A stretch of DNA of 64,000 nucleotides from an uncultured Gammaproteobacteria bacterium (GCA_964628855.1 CAZVMV010000005.1:3228-67227); one strand, 5' to 3'. Numbered from the stretch's first letter, positions 44,442 to 53,574 are shown. The notes: a model not told the origin generated them from the sequence alone. Numbers and translations: made by a program.

Positions 44442-45968
44442 TTAATCGTAAAGATTTACCGTAGGCTGGTTCTCATATATTGAATAGTCCGGGACAACTA
44501 CTTCACGGACTGAGGTACGCCTGTTGCCCGCTTGAGTTGAAATTGATAGGTTGCGGTTCCCGGCGGCAATGTCGTATCCGCCTCGCCACCATGGCTCAAA
44601 TGCGGAGTATGTTTCAAGCGGTTCCCCTGACAGATCAAAACTTCTTATCTGCGGCCCTCCATGGCCTGCCGGCACGGCCAATATTTCTTTTCCATTATTT
44701 CCTGGATTAATTTCCCCGACGGAGACATGCACGCCACCGCGAAAATTTTTGTCATAGGCAAAAAATTGTGATTTGAGATCTCCGGCGGCACTGAAAACTT
44801 TAATTTGCGGGCCGGCTCCTATACCGGTACTGACTATTATTGACGCTTGGTAAAAATCATCGCCAGACATTGCCGCTACGTCTGTGCCCTTATTAAAAGA
44901 GTTACCAAAAGGAAAAAATTCATTAATTAGATCTCCCCAGCGGTTAAAAATCCTGATAGGCCGGAGTCCGGCCATTGATGGACTAGTGACTATTTCTGCA
45001 ACGCCGTCGCCTGTTAAATCAGCTGAAGTCACTCTGATGCCGCCGCGGAAATTTGGGGCATATGCCATGAATTGGTTCAGGCGCCTGCCATTTATGTCTG
45101 AAACGACAACTTGTGGGCCGCCACCTGGGCCGGCGCCGGTAATAATTTCATCAACACCATCTCCATTTACATCGCCCGTTGACGTATCAATTCCGCCGCG
45201 GAAAGTTTGTGGATAGGGGAAAAAAGACCTAAGTAAAAGACGGTCTTCGCTATAAACCCTGACATCAGGGCCGCCACCTGGGCCGGCGCTAATGATGATT
45301 TCTTCTCCGGAATATTCCGTACTTACGTCGCCGCGCGCCACAGAGGCACCGCCTTGAAAACGCTGATACGGCAGTATCTCGCCGGGCAGGGGAGGCGCGA
45401 AGATTGGCGCGCTAGAGTGTGAGGCGTTTTTTAAGCTCAGATAAGGATTTATAACATTTTCGTCAGGACGGTGAATTTCGAAATGCAGGTGTGGAGGAGT
45501 TTTTTCCGCATTGCCGGAATCTCCCATATACCCGATCAGTTGGCCTTTAGTCACTGGCAGTCCGGTCATCGTATCGATAGCATAGGCATTTATACCTCCG
45601 CCTAGACCATCGTCTGTACCTGGCGTATCATTATTGAGATGCAGGTACCAGTATTCATATCCGTCGTCACCGCGCAAAAAAATCCCGTAGCCGTATGACG
45701 GCTCAGGGAACGGTACGTAACTCAGGCGGCCGTTGGTCACCGCGACCAGTTGCTGCATTTTTTTTCCGAACACGTCGATACCCTGGTGAGTGTGTCCGAC
45801 ACGCGGTGCCCCAAAACTGTCGCTGAAATTAGTCTGGCCGATGACCGGGAAGATCATGTCACGGATATCGTCAGCCAAGGCAACCTGAGAATTGGAGGCT
45901 AGTAAAAAAATACCGGTAACTATGCTAACGGTATGGAAAAGTATTCGTTGGCGTTTTTTTATTTGCAT
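44442..45968 (-). CDS. Secreted M23 peptidase fused to FG-GAP/VCBS-type repeats
   Basis: It has a signal/TM segment and the motifs HTHQGIDVFG and PPHLHFEIH. About six repeats follow of the form F..Y...FRGG......GD..GDG..EI.TG.G.GGGP.V.V. Confidence 0.8.
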   Translation of the reverse strand: MQIKKRQRILFHTVSIVTGIFLLASNSQVALADDIRDMIFPVIGQTNFSDSFGAPRVGHTHQGIDVFGKKMQQLVAVTNGRLSYVPFPEPSYGYGIFLRGDDGYEYWYLHLNNDTPGTDDGLGGGINAYAIDTMTGLPVTKGQLIGYMGDSGNAEKTPPHLHFEIHRPDENVINPYLSLKNASHSSAPIFAPPLPGEILPYQRFQGGASVARGDVSTEYSGEEIIISAGPGGGPDVRVYSEDRLLLRSFFPYPQTFRGGIDTSTGDVNGDGVDEIITGAGPGGGPQVVVSDINGRRLNQFMAYAPNFRGGIRVTSADLTGDGVAEIVTSPSMAGLRPIRIFNRWGDLINEFFPFGNSFNKGTDVAAMSGDDFYQASIIVSTGIGAGPQIKVFSAAGDLKSQFFAYDKNFRGGVHVSVGEINPGNNGKEILAVPAGHGGPQIRSFDLSGEPLETYSAFEPWWRGGYDIAAGNRNLSISTQAGNRRTSVREVVVPDYSIYENQPTVNLYD

Positions 45969-46030
45969 TTTTATTTTGTATCATCATTGTAGCATATTTT
46001 TAGGAAAAAATCAACCCCGCGGGTAATAAT

Positions 46031-46058
46031 AAAAATGGCCGCGCAAATTGCGTGGCCA
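46031..46058 (-). terminator. Terminator downstream of the minus-strand orphan gene
   Basis: A 9-bp stem (TGGCCGCGC/GCGTGGCCA on the plus strand) has a T5 run on the minus strand (plus-strand A-run at 46031-46035). Confidence 0.5.
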
Positions 46059-46065
46059 AAGTTAG

Positions 46066-46302
46066 TCATGTCCAGAATTCGTGCGATTCCTCCTCAAGCG
46101 GTTCGATGGTCAGGCTGGACTCGCCGACTCGCTGGAGTCCGATCATCCGTCTGGTCAGGAAATTCTGCGTAGTAATCCACTCCTGTGATAATTGCAGAAT
46201 CTCAACCCTGTCTACATCGGCCGTCCATTCGAACACGAGCCTGTCAATTAGGGAGTCGTTGACGATCAGGTCGTCCATGGTCAGTACAAAAGACACGAGC
46301 AT
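46066..46302 (-). CDS. Hypothetical acidic miniprotein (78 aa)
   Basis: It has its own promoter (see 46398-46426) and terminator. The overlapping plus-strand ORF 46052..46351 lacks such signals. Confidence 0.5.
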   Translation of the reverse strand: MLVSFVLTMDDLIVNDSLIDRLVFEWTADVDRVEILQLSQEWITTQNFLTRRMIGLQRVGESSLTIEPLEEESHEFWT

Positions 46303-46397
46303 GGTTTACCCTCTCTTTACGAAAGGGCGTCCTATGCGTCTGTTTGGCTAAGTAATTCCTATCACTCAACCGTAGTTAAAGAAATGAACTTTGAACA

Positions 46398-46426
46398 ATC
46401 ATATAACCAGTAAATGGTCATGTCAA
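46398..46426 (-). promoter_or_regulatory. Minus-strand promoter of the divergent pair
   Basis: On the minus strand: TTGACA (46426-46421), a 17-nt spacer, then TATGAT (46403-46398). Confidence 0.5.
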
Positions 46427-46431
46427 GGGTC

Positions 46432-46460
46432 TTGACATTTTACTAATAAAAGTATATTAT
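46432..46460 (+). promoter_or_regulatory. Plus-strand promoter of the divergent pair
   Basis: TTGACA (46432-46437), a 17-nt spacer, then TATTAT (46455-46460). The two -35 boxes form the palindrome ATGTCAAG-GGT-CTTGACAT at 46420-46438. Confidence 0.5.
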
Positions 46461-46503
46461 TTCCTGAAACAAACAGAGCTCACATATACTACATGGAGGT
46501 ATC

Positions 46504-46803
46504 ATGACAGAGGTCAGAGAATTCATTTTTACTGAGATTCTGGAAATGGTCGTTGACCCAAACACCCTCGTGGGTGGGAATGTAGGGGACGAGCATGAAA
46601 TGAATCTCCAGCATGGGACGATCATCGTTCGTCGACGTATCGAGAACGACCGTCAGGCCGACATCGCCAGTTCTGGCACAACTCTCAAGAACGTCGCGCA
46701 GGCTATCTCATGCCTGACCAATTTGGTCAACAATTCCGTCTCGTTCACCACATCGGTGGTCCGTGATGGGAAAACGTTCACATTTGAGTGGATGGTACGA
46801 TAA
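46504..46803 (+). CDS. Hypothetical protein (99 aa)
   Basis: The RBS GGAGGT lies 5 nt before the ATG. A terminator follows with stem ACCGCCGC/GCGGCGGT and a T-run near 46819-46860. Confidence 0.55.
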   Translation: MTEVREFIFTEILEMVVDPNTLVGGNVGDEHEMNLQHGTIIVRRRIENDRQADIASSGTTLKNVAQAISCLTNLVNNSVSFTTSVVRDGKTFTFEWMVR

Positions 46804-46850
46804 ATCCACCAGCCGACCCGACCGCCGCAAAGTCCAACTGGACGCGGCGG

Positions 46851-47279
46851 TCATTTATTTTTCTGGTAAAAATCGTACAATTGTTCGCGGGATTTTTTCT
46901 CTGGGCTGGTATCGTTGCAAACACAGTATTTTTGGTTAGGGTTGTATGCCTCCAAAACGTTTTTTTTGCCGGTGATGACGTATTTAAATTGTTCGGCTCG
47001 GTCGGTGATTATAGGGGATTCGCTGACAACGCAAGTAGGCTGCCAGTCATAAAGACAGTAGTTTTTACACATGTTATCGCTCCAGCATATCCTTTCGTCC
47101 GGATATCGAGAGAAGTAGGATTTAAGAAAAAGTACTGTCTGGATCAGAATGAATAGCAGAATTAGAATTAAAACAATTTTCACTGTAAGAGCGATAAAAC
47201 GAAATTTGTTTTTTGGCACTTGAAAATCTTTTTGGTTTGCTTGTGATGGCAGCGATTGCGACGATTGGATTTGGGCCAT
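46851..47279 (-). CDS. Single-pass membrane protein with Cys-rich ectodomain
   Basis: The TM helix is FIALTVKIVLILILLFILIQTVLF. It is followed by 6 Cys residues in about 70 aa. Confidence 0.5.
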   Translation of the reverse strand: MAQIQSSQSLPSQANQKDFQVPKNKFRFIALTVKIVLILILLFILIQTVLFLKSYFSRYPDERICWSDNMCKNYCLYDWQPTCVVSESPIITDRAEQFKYVITGKKNVLEAYNPNQKYCVCNDTSPEKKSREQLYDFYQKNK

Positions 47280-47283
47280 AATA

Positions 47284-48027
47284 TTATTTTTTCCTGGCCA
47301 TAATCAACTTAGTCTTGATCGGGATGGTAATGGGATTGGGAAATTTTTCAGTACCTCGCCACAGGTCCTCCAATGCCATCTTTTTTCTATTTGATGACAA
47401 ATTTAAATACCAGGAATAGGATGTTTGCATCGTTACATATTCCTGGTGTGTCATGCGGATGTTCCGGAAGTAGGTTTTAATTTTTACGTCAGTGAAATGC
47501 CGGTCGGCTTTCAGGTCATCAATTATGGCATTGGCTTTGCCGCCTTTTGATCTGGAGTATTTTTTATGAAGCGCCATCGCCATTTTTCCGATCCATTTGT
47601 TATAATAATTGAAATTCCAAAAAACTGCCAAGGTGCCACCGGGCCGCAGCAGGCGCCGGGTCTTCGTAAAACGGACGCTGGGCATCACCCAGTGCAATGC
47701 CTGGGCGCAAAAAATCAGTCCGAAACGGTTGTCTGCCAGTTTTATGTCCTCAAATGGTTGGGCGATATATCTGACGTTTTTATATTTCTTCAAGTGGCGT
47801 TTGGCGATACTCAACAGAGCCTTACTCAGGTCATTGGCAATGAGCGGGTGTTTTGTTTTCGCGAAAGGCTCCGTCGCTTTGCCTGTGCCGGTGCCGATTT
47901 CCAGAATCGCATCGTTTTTTTTCAGTTTTGAATAAGATAAAATATCGCGAAACATCTGGGCCGGATAGTCTAGCCGCGCCTTGTCGTATTGTTCAGGTAT
48001 GGTGCTGAATGTCTCTTTTAATTTCAT
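47284..48027 (-). CDS. Class I SAM-dependent methyltransferase
   Basis: Motif I reads ILEIGTGTGKAT. Confidence 0.8.
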   Translation of the reverse strand: MKLKETFSTIPEQYDKARLDYPAQMFRDILSYSKLKKNDAILEIGTGTGKATEPFAKTKHPLIANDLSKALLSIAKRHLKKYKNVRYIAQPFEDIKLADNRFGLIFCAQALHWVMPSVRFTKTRRLLRPGGTLAVFWNFNYYNKWIGKMAMALHKKYSRSKGGKANAIIDDLKADRHFTDVKIKTYFRNIRMTHQEYVTMQTSYSWYLNLSSNRKKMALEDLWRGTEKFPNPITIPIKTKLIMARKK

Positions 48028-48034
48028 TAAATTG

Positions 48035-48541
48035 TTATTTACTTGAATGTTTTAAAAATTCCAAATCCCTCAGTCGGATGAAATGCCCGTCATAATCAAT
48101 GGGTTTGTCGTGCTCCATTAGTTCTATCGCATGGGAGAGGGGAGTCCAGATTACCGAAAAATTACCTTCACGTTCGAAATGAGTGAATTCAGGATGTCCC
48201 TTTGCGCCGACGATGCGGGCCTTGAAGCAATGTGAACGCCTTTGTTCACGTCGCTGATCTTTGAATTCATCGATATGTCCGAGTTCAGTTAGAATTTCGA
48301 CATCACATCCCAGCTCTTCCCTACATTCCCGCAGGCAAGCGTCCTTTATGGATTCATTGTCATTTACAGTGCCGCCGGGTAATTTATGGATGGCATAAAC
48401 GCCGGTGTGCAGAATCGCGACATTATTCTCTGCATCGAAAACTACCGCCCGACTGGATTCCTTGTAAGAATAACCTTCGTGCGATGTTTGTGGTGTGCCG
48501 GGAAAAAAGTCTTTATCGGTTATTGTTTTGAGAAGTGCCAT
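48035..48541 (-). CDS. NUDIX hydrolase
   Basis: The Nudix box GTVNDNESIKDACLRECREELG fits G-x5-E-x7-REUxEExGU. Confidence 0.8.
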   Translation of the reverse strand: MALLKTITDKDFFPGTPQTSHEGYSYKESSRAVVFDAENNVAILHTGVYAIHKLPGGTVNDNESIKDACLRECREELGCDVEILTELGHIDEFKDQRREQRRSHCFKARIVGAKGHPEFTHFEREGNFSVIWTPLSHAIELMEHDKPIDYDGHFIRLRDLEFLKHSSK

Positions 48542-48932
48542 TTTTTTTATCCGGCAGGGTAATTTGCATCTGCATGGTGATGATATACAGGACCAGAGTC
48601 AGCAATCCCATATAGAGGCTCAATGGCAGGTTGCCCATCTTGTCCAGGAAGTTGCCGGATACGTTTGACGGCAGGTAAAGGATTGAAAGGATGATGCCGA
48701 AAGTTGCCATGGCAATCAATGGCCCATAGCCCCACTTCTTCAGCTTCCACACGCCGACTAGGGCGACGATACTTATAGTGAGGTCGATGGATACAAATAT
48801 GAAAGATTTCCATTCGCTAGGGTTGGTCAGGTATCCTGAGAGGATTTCATCCATCAGGCTGATGAAATTGACGAAGGCAAAAAACAGAAGCAGGACAATG
48901 ATTAGGTACTTCAGGACTGATTTCTTGTTCAT
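48513..48932 (-). CDS. Hypothetical four-TM membrane protein
   Basis: It is a hydrophobic ORF. Its 3' end overlaps the Nudix gene start by 29 nt. Confidence 0.5.
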   Translation of the reverse strand: MNKKSVLKYLIIVLLLFFAFVNFISLMDEILSGYLTNPSEWKSFIFVSIDLTISIVALVGVWKLKKWGYGPLIAMATFGIILSILYLPSNVSGNFLDKMGNLPLSLYMGLLTLVLYIITMQMQITLPDKKNGTSQNNNR

Positions 48933-48942
48933 ATTATTTATA

Positions 48943-49410
48943 TTAGTTTATCTTTTTTTCGTAAGCCTTGGCATAATGCCTGAAGCCGGCTTTGGCGTAG
49001 AATCCGTGCGCCCGTGCCAGTTCGTTGCCGGATTCCAGCCGTATATGAGTAATTGTATGCTCTTTGGCCCATTTTTCAACTGCCCTGACTAGTTCAATGG
49101 CTACACCCTTTCCCTGATACTCAGGATATACAAATAATTCCTCAATCTCGGCGATCTGGCGTCCATAACGAAATTGCGGTACGGCATTCACTGTAGCTAT
49201 CCCGAGGTAATGTTCGTTGTCCTCAGCGAGAAAAATTGCAGAGTTGGCGGATTCTGCTAATTTCTCAAAAAAGGGACCACCATTATCCTTAGCTGTTGTG
49301 GAGATGTAATTTTTTTCGGGGGTGATTATTTTATAGCATTCCGTCCGGAAATCATCGAGGAGTTTCAGGACAATGTTTTTATGGCTTTTTGTTGCTTTAA
49401 TAATGTTCAT
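48943..49410 (-). CDS. GNAT-family N-acetyltransferase
   Basis: The acetyl-CoA motif region reads VYPEYQGKGVAIELVRAVEKWAKE. Confidence 0.8.
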   Translation of the reverse strand: MNIIKATKSHKNIVLKLLDDFRTECYKIITPEKNYISTTAKDNGGPFFEKLAESANSAIFLAEDNEHYLGIATVNAVPQFRYGRQIAEIEELFVYPEYQGKGVAIELVRAVEKWAKEHTITHIRLESGNELARAHGFYAKAGFRHYAKAYEKKIN

Positions 49411-50177
49411 AAGAAATTTTTAACGATATTTAGCAGTTTATCATGTAATTTGCCGTTAGAAGCTATTATACCGCCGATCCGTTTGTCATAGCGTTGATTT
49501 TTGCCATGCAGGTCGGTGACGATTCCGCCGGCCTCTTCTACAATAATTTTTTGGGCAGCCACATCCCACGGCTTATTGCCAGGAAATATATTCGCTGACA
49601 TTTCACCGCTGGCGACGAGCATACCGTAATATGTAGTGCAAATCGTATTTACAGTCATGGCGCCCACATCAATCATCTTATGGGTAAGATTAATGAATTC
49701 CTTGGTTTGTTTTGACCAATAACAGAGACAGATCATGGCGTGGTTTAAATTATTCTGGCTAGATACTTGAATTTTTTTGCCATTCAATGTCGTACCTTTG
49801 TTTTTTTCGGCAAAATACAGGCGGTCAGTAAAAGGGTCAAGAAGTAATCCGAGAATTGGCTCGCCATTCTTCACCAGCGCCAATGAGAAAGCGGCAGTGG
49901 CGATGCCATGGGAATAGGGGATGGTGCCGTCTACGGGATCGCATACCCAATTATATTCAGATTCAGGCCGGTCAAAACCGCTTTCTTCCGCGATAATACC
50001 GTAATTAGGATAATTTTTTTTCACCGACTTCACTACCAAATTATTGATTTGCGTATCAGCCATGGTCAAGGGAGTGTTGTCCTTTTTCCAGGTACGCGTG
50101 ATTTCATACGAAAAATATTTCCGCATGATGATCCCGGCTTGTTTCGCTAATGAGATGGCGAAGGATTTGTGGTTCAT
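49407..50177 (-). CDS. Inositol monophosphatase-family phosphatase (SuhB-like)
   Basis: Motifs WVCDPVDGT and EEAGGIVTD are present. Confidence 0.8.
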   Translation of the reverse strand: MNHKSFAISLAKQAGIIMRKYFSYEITRTWKKDNTPLTMADTQINNLVVKSVKKNYPNYGIIAEESGFDRPESEYNWVCDPVDGTIPYSHGIATAAFSLALVKNGEPILGLLLDPFTDRLYFAEKNKGTTLNGKKIQVSSQNNLNHAMICLCYWSKQTKEFINLTHKMIDVGAMTVNTICTTYYGMLVASGEMSANIFPGNKPWDVAAQKIIVEEAGGIVTDLHGKNQRYDKRIGGIIASNGKLHDKLLNIVKNFL

Positions 50178-51223
50178 TTATTTTGATATTTTTGGTAAAT
50201 TTGGTTGCGAAGCTCTTTGGCCTTGAATGGGTCAAAATTAGGATCTTGTTTTTTTACGTATGTATCAATCAGACTAAAATCTTCTGGTGATTCTTTTTGG
50301 AGTATGTCCGGAAATGAAAAATAATACTCACAGAGGTGCGCGAAATATTCTTCTGCCTGGTAAAAGGCGAGTTGTTCCGGGTTTGTCTTATCGCGGTCGA
50401 TGTAATCCCATCCAATGCCCTTGAAGTCATCACCAGACTGAACCCTTTTTGTAATATTCACTAGCAGTTCGGCCCGGTCATTGAAAGGCAGTCCAGTTTT
50501 TTTGAATGCACCATTCAGGTGGCTAATTTCGTGGCTAAAAGTCCAGTCTACCGTAGGAAGCAGGTCTTTGCTGTTTTCAAGCTCGGGTACGGATAACCTG
50601 ATTTTACCCAGGCTGGTCTGGTCGTTTTCTTGAGCCGTACCCGCATATTCCAAATTATCCTTACCTTGACGTAGTTTTTCTATTTCACCCAACCTGACCA
50701 GCTCGACTGAATCTGCCTCATTCTGTATCCAGCCTTTCGGGTAGGTTACGCCGTCCTGCCATATCTCTTTTAGTGCTTCTGGAGGTATGTTGAATTGTTC
50801 GTTTCCGACCACCACGAGTTCGGACGGCGTGGTGGGTAATTCACGACTGTTCACTGAACTCTTAAATTCAAGGTATTGCATCACGTTTGGGCCCATCTTT
50901 TGCTCGATATAAGCCCTGTCGTTCCGTAATTTTTCGGCTTGCGCTGAATCAATTGGTTTTTCGCGTTCTGTGGTGGGGGTCAGGATGGGGCCTGCATCCT
51001 TATTATCGGTGAATTTTTTGATTTCTGCGGCCAATGCGAATGTACCCGCCGTCGCCGCTAAAATGATGCCCTTCCTGCCGGTTTTGAAGAATTTGGAATC
51101 CTTCAGCCAGTCCCAGGCAGACGGCTTACCCGGTTCCGCATCAATAGTATCCGGCACAGCGCTGGTATCCGGCGCTTTCCAGTCAGCCATTTCTTCCGGA
51201 TTGTTGCCAGTTTCAGGGTTCAT
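50174..51223 (-). CDS. Membrane-anchored protein with HExxH motif (putative zinc metallopeptidase)
   Basis: It has one TM helix (GIILAATAGTFALAAEI) and the motif WTFSHEISHLNG, with EEYFAHLCEYYF downstream. Confidence 0.55.
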   Translation of the reverse strand: MNPETGNNPEEMADWKAPDTSAVPDTIDAEPGKPSAWDWLKDSKFFKTGRKGIILAATAGTFALAAEIKKFTDNKDAGPILTPTTEREKPIDSAQAEKLRNDRAYIEQKMGPNVMQYLEFKSSVNSRELPTTPSELVVVGNEQFNIPPEALKEIWQDGVTYPKGWIQNEADSVELVRLGEIEKLRQGKDNLEYAGTAQENDQTSLGKIRLSVPELENSKDLLPTVDWTFSHEISHLNGAFKKTGLPFNDRAELLVNITKRVQSGDDFKGIGWDYIDRDKTNPEQLAFYQAEEYFAHLCEYYFSFPDILQKESPEDFSLIDTYVKKQDPNFDPFKAKELRNQIYQKYQNK

Positions 51224-51663
51224 TTGGTTATAAGTTTATTTTCTAATAATTTCAGGATTTTCCTGCGTTTGTAGAAGAAAAATTCGGAAATTACGAAGAC
51301 TATGCCAAAAATAATCCAGACGACTGTTTGCGAAATGTCCCTCTGGAAAAATGCGATAAACATGTATGCAGCGAACAGGAATTTCCCCAGTCCCCACCAT
51401 GGTTTTTTCATCAGATGCTGTTCCAGTAGGCTGGAGATCTTTTTTTGCAATGGTTCGCCGGTATACCACCCCCAGCTGAGAAGCCCGAGTCCAACGACGA
51501 AACTAATCAACAACAGGATATAAAACGGCCTATTGCTCTCGTCGGTAACGCCACGGACTATGATCATAGTAAAAAATATATACAGTATCCGGATGCCGAA
51601 GTCTTCGAACTGTTCTGCCCGGCGTAATTTGTTTATCATTTCATTCAATTGTGTTTGTTCCAT
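51220..51663 (-). CDS. Hypothetical four-TM membrane protein
   Basis: It is a hydrophobic ORF and overlaps the HExxH gene by 4 nt. Confidence 0.5.
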   Translation of the reverse strand: MEQTQLNEMINKLRRAEQFEDFGIRILYIFFTMIIVRGVTDESNRPFYILLLISFVVGLGLLSWGWYTGEPLQKKISSLLEQHLMKKPWWGLGKFLFAAYMFIAFFQRDISQTVVWIIFGIVFVISEFFFYKRRKILKLLENKLITK

Positions 51664-51735
51664 GGGAAGTGTTTGGTTATTTGGTTGGTCATTTGTTGAA
51701 ATGACATTTCTTTTACTCAGAGGATGGTGAAAATT

Positions 51736-52674
51736 CTAATCCTGTTTCAAAGGATGGAATTTTCGATGTGTATCCTCAGCATATCTATCCGAGGCGTTGA
51801 CATAACGTGTAGTGGTGTCCAGCGATTCGTGGCCAAGCAGGATTTGGATGGCGGCTGGGTTAGCGCCAGATTCTGCTAAATACGTAGCGAAGCCGTGGCG
51901 GAGGCTGTGGGCTGACGTGGGAACATTAATTCGTAAACGTTCCCTGTACTGTTTTATTTTCCGTTGGAACTGGCTTGGTGAAATTCTTGCATTGATCGAT
52001 GCTGCTTTGGACCCGCGGTAGGGGATGAAGAGCGCCGGATGGTTGTCGCGGCGTGTGCGGAGGTATTCCTCTATATGAACTTTAGCACGCTGGGTCAGAT
52101 AGACAAACCGTTGCTTGCGGCCTTTGCCGGTGATGAAGATTTTGCCGGTCGGATCAATCTGGTTTTTATTCAGGTTAATCAGCTCCGATATACGCATGCC
52201 CGTGGCAAAGAGCGTCTCCAGCATGGCCCGATTGCGGAGAGCGACGTATTTGTTATTTTTTTCGAATTCAGAAGGGGATTCGATTAGACGGACGATATCA
52301 TTCAATTCAGCCACCTGAGGGTGCTTTTTTATCGTTTTAGTGAGCCGTATCACCTGCGGATTCACCGGACAGTCGTAATCGTTGTCTATGAGGTATTTGA
52401 GGTATGACCTGAGGGCTGACAGCATCCGGTTGATGGAATACGGGTTCAGGCGCTTCAGACCCTTCTGCGCCTCGGCTGTTTCCCTGTCCCGGGACACCAA
52501 GTAGGCCTTGTAGAGCTCCAGATCACGCCTCTGGAGCTTCTGGAAGGGGACGGAGGACTCGGTATCCAGGTAGTGCTCGAAAACCTTCAGGTCGCGTTCG
52601 TAGTTGTAGACCGTCTTCTCCGAATAATTATTCGTCTGAAGATTCAGTAGGAAGTCGTCTAAATGAGGTAACAT
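51736..52674 (-). CDS. Tyrosine recombinase, XerC/XerD-like
   Basis: An N-terminal SAM-like core-binding domain is present. The catalytic region reads ATGMRISEL...HSLRHGFATYL...LLGHESLDTTTRYV. Confidence 0.85.
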   Translation of the reverse strand: MLPHLDDFLLNLQTNNYSEKTVYNYERDLKVFEHYLDTESSVPFQKLQRRDLELYKAYLVSRDRETAEAQKGLKRLNPYSINRMLSALRSYLKYLIDNDYDCPVNPQVIRLTKTIKKHPQVAELNDIVRLIESPSEFEKNNKYVALRNRAMLETLFATGMRISELINLNKNQIDPTGKIFITGKGRKQRFVYLTQRAKVHIEEYLRTRRDNHPALFIPYRGSKAASINARISPSQFQRKIKQYRERLRINVPTSAHSLRHGFATYLAESGANPAAIQILLGHESLDTTTRYVNASDRYAEDTHRKFHPLKQD

Positions 52675-52850
52675 ATGTTTATTATAGGGGATTTCACCCC
52701 ATTTGATAACACAGTGTAAGAGATATTATACTGAGATACCTTTATAGTATAGAATAGGGCTATTTCGCTGTAAAGACCCTTTTGAGGATAAAAAAAGGGA
52801 TGGACCTTTCGTAGACCCATACCCTGTTCATTTGGTATTGCGTTCGTACA

Positions 52851-52991
52851 TCATAGAACAAATCTGGGAAACAATTTCTTTGCTCCCCTGGCAATCTGCC
52901 CAAAGACATATGAGCACGTGAACGGAAACGTACATACGAACGCCGCCCAGATCAATACAATTGCCAGCCTCTGCCAGTCGGAAAATGACAT
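52851..52991 (-). CDS. Hypothetical 46-aa membrane peptide (not in ORF track)
   Basis: The RBS GAGGAG lies before the ATG at 52991. Hand translation gives MSFSDWQRLAIVLIWAAFVCTFPFTCSYVFGQIARGAKKLFPRFVL. Confidence 0.35.
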   Translation of the reverse strand: MSFSDWQRLAIVLIWAAFVCTFPFTCSYVFGQIARGAKKLFPRFVL

Positions 52992-53012
52992 CTACTCCTC
53001 TCTTCCTGTTAA

Positions 53013-53228
53013 TTAGACTCCTCCAAGCCTGAAGTATGTCCCACAGATCATGACACAGATCACGCCGATGGCGGCATATAGCTTACCAATCTTGTCCTGC
53101 AAGACAGATTCATCGATCCTGGAATTGAGTTTCAGTCGCCAGGACCGGTCAAAATGTGTGAAGCAATCAATGATCAGGATCAGCCCGATCAGTCCGACCG
53201 ATAATATTACGTTTCCAAGAATCGACAT
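53013..53228 (-). CDS. Hypothetical small two-TM protein
   Basis: The RBS GGAGGG is upstream. Hydrophobic helices are present. Confidence 0.5.
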   Translation of the reverse strand: MSILGNVILSVGLIGLILIIDCFTHFDRSWRLKLNSRIDESVLQDKIGKLYAAIGVICVMICGTYFRLGGV

Positions 53229-53310
53229 ATACCCTCCGACAGTTATGGAAATGTTCTCTTTGCCTCTACCCTATCACCCATATTTAAAAAAAGCAATATA
53301 AAAAAGCCGG

Positions 53311-53574
53311 TCAGATGACCGACTTCGTGGTTTCAGCCTGAGATTTGTTCAGGTTGTGCTTGAGATTGTCCCAGCGCGGGACAACGGCAGCTGCCAGGGT
53401 GGCGACCAGGAATATGAGTATCAACAACAGGAATACTCTCTTCCTTTTGTCCCAGCGGTTGTAGTACGCTTCATCGGGTTTCCTCTCTCGCCAAATAAAC
53501 GAGACCAGGGCACCGAAGGCGCTTAAACCAACTAGGGCCAGACCGACCATCCAGAGCTGATCTATGGAAAACAT
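53311..53574 (-). CDS. Hypothetical small two-TM protein
   Basis: The RBS GGAGGTG is upstream. Confidence 0.5.
   Translation of the reverse strand: MFSIDQLWMVGLALVGLSAFGALVSFIWRERKPDEAYYNRWDKRKRVFLLLILIFLVATLAAAVVPRWDNLKHNLNKSQAETTKSVI

Noticed and set aside
46052-46351. A 99-aa plus-strand ORF overlapping the 78-aa minus-strand ORF.
   Set aside because: The promoter (TTGACA-17-TATGAT) and terminator signals fit the minus-strand gene. The plus-strand ORF has no RBS and is Ser/Arg-rich and shadow-like.
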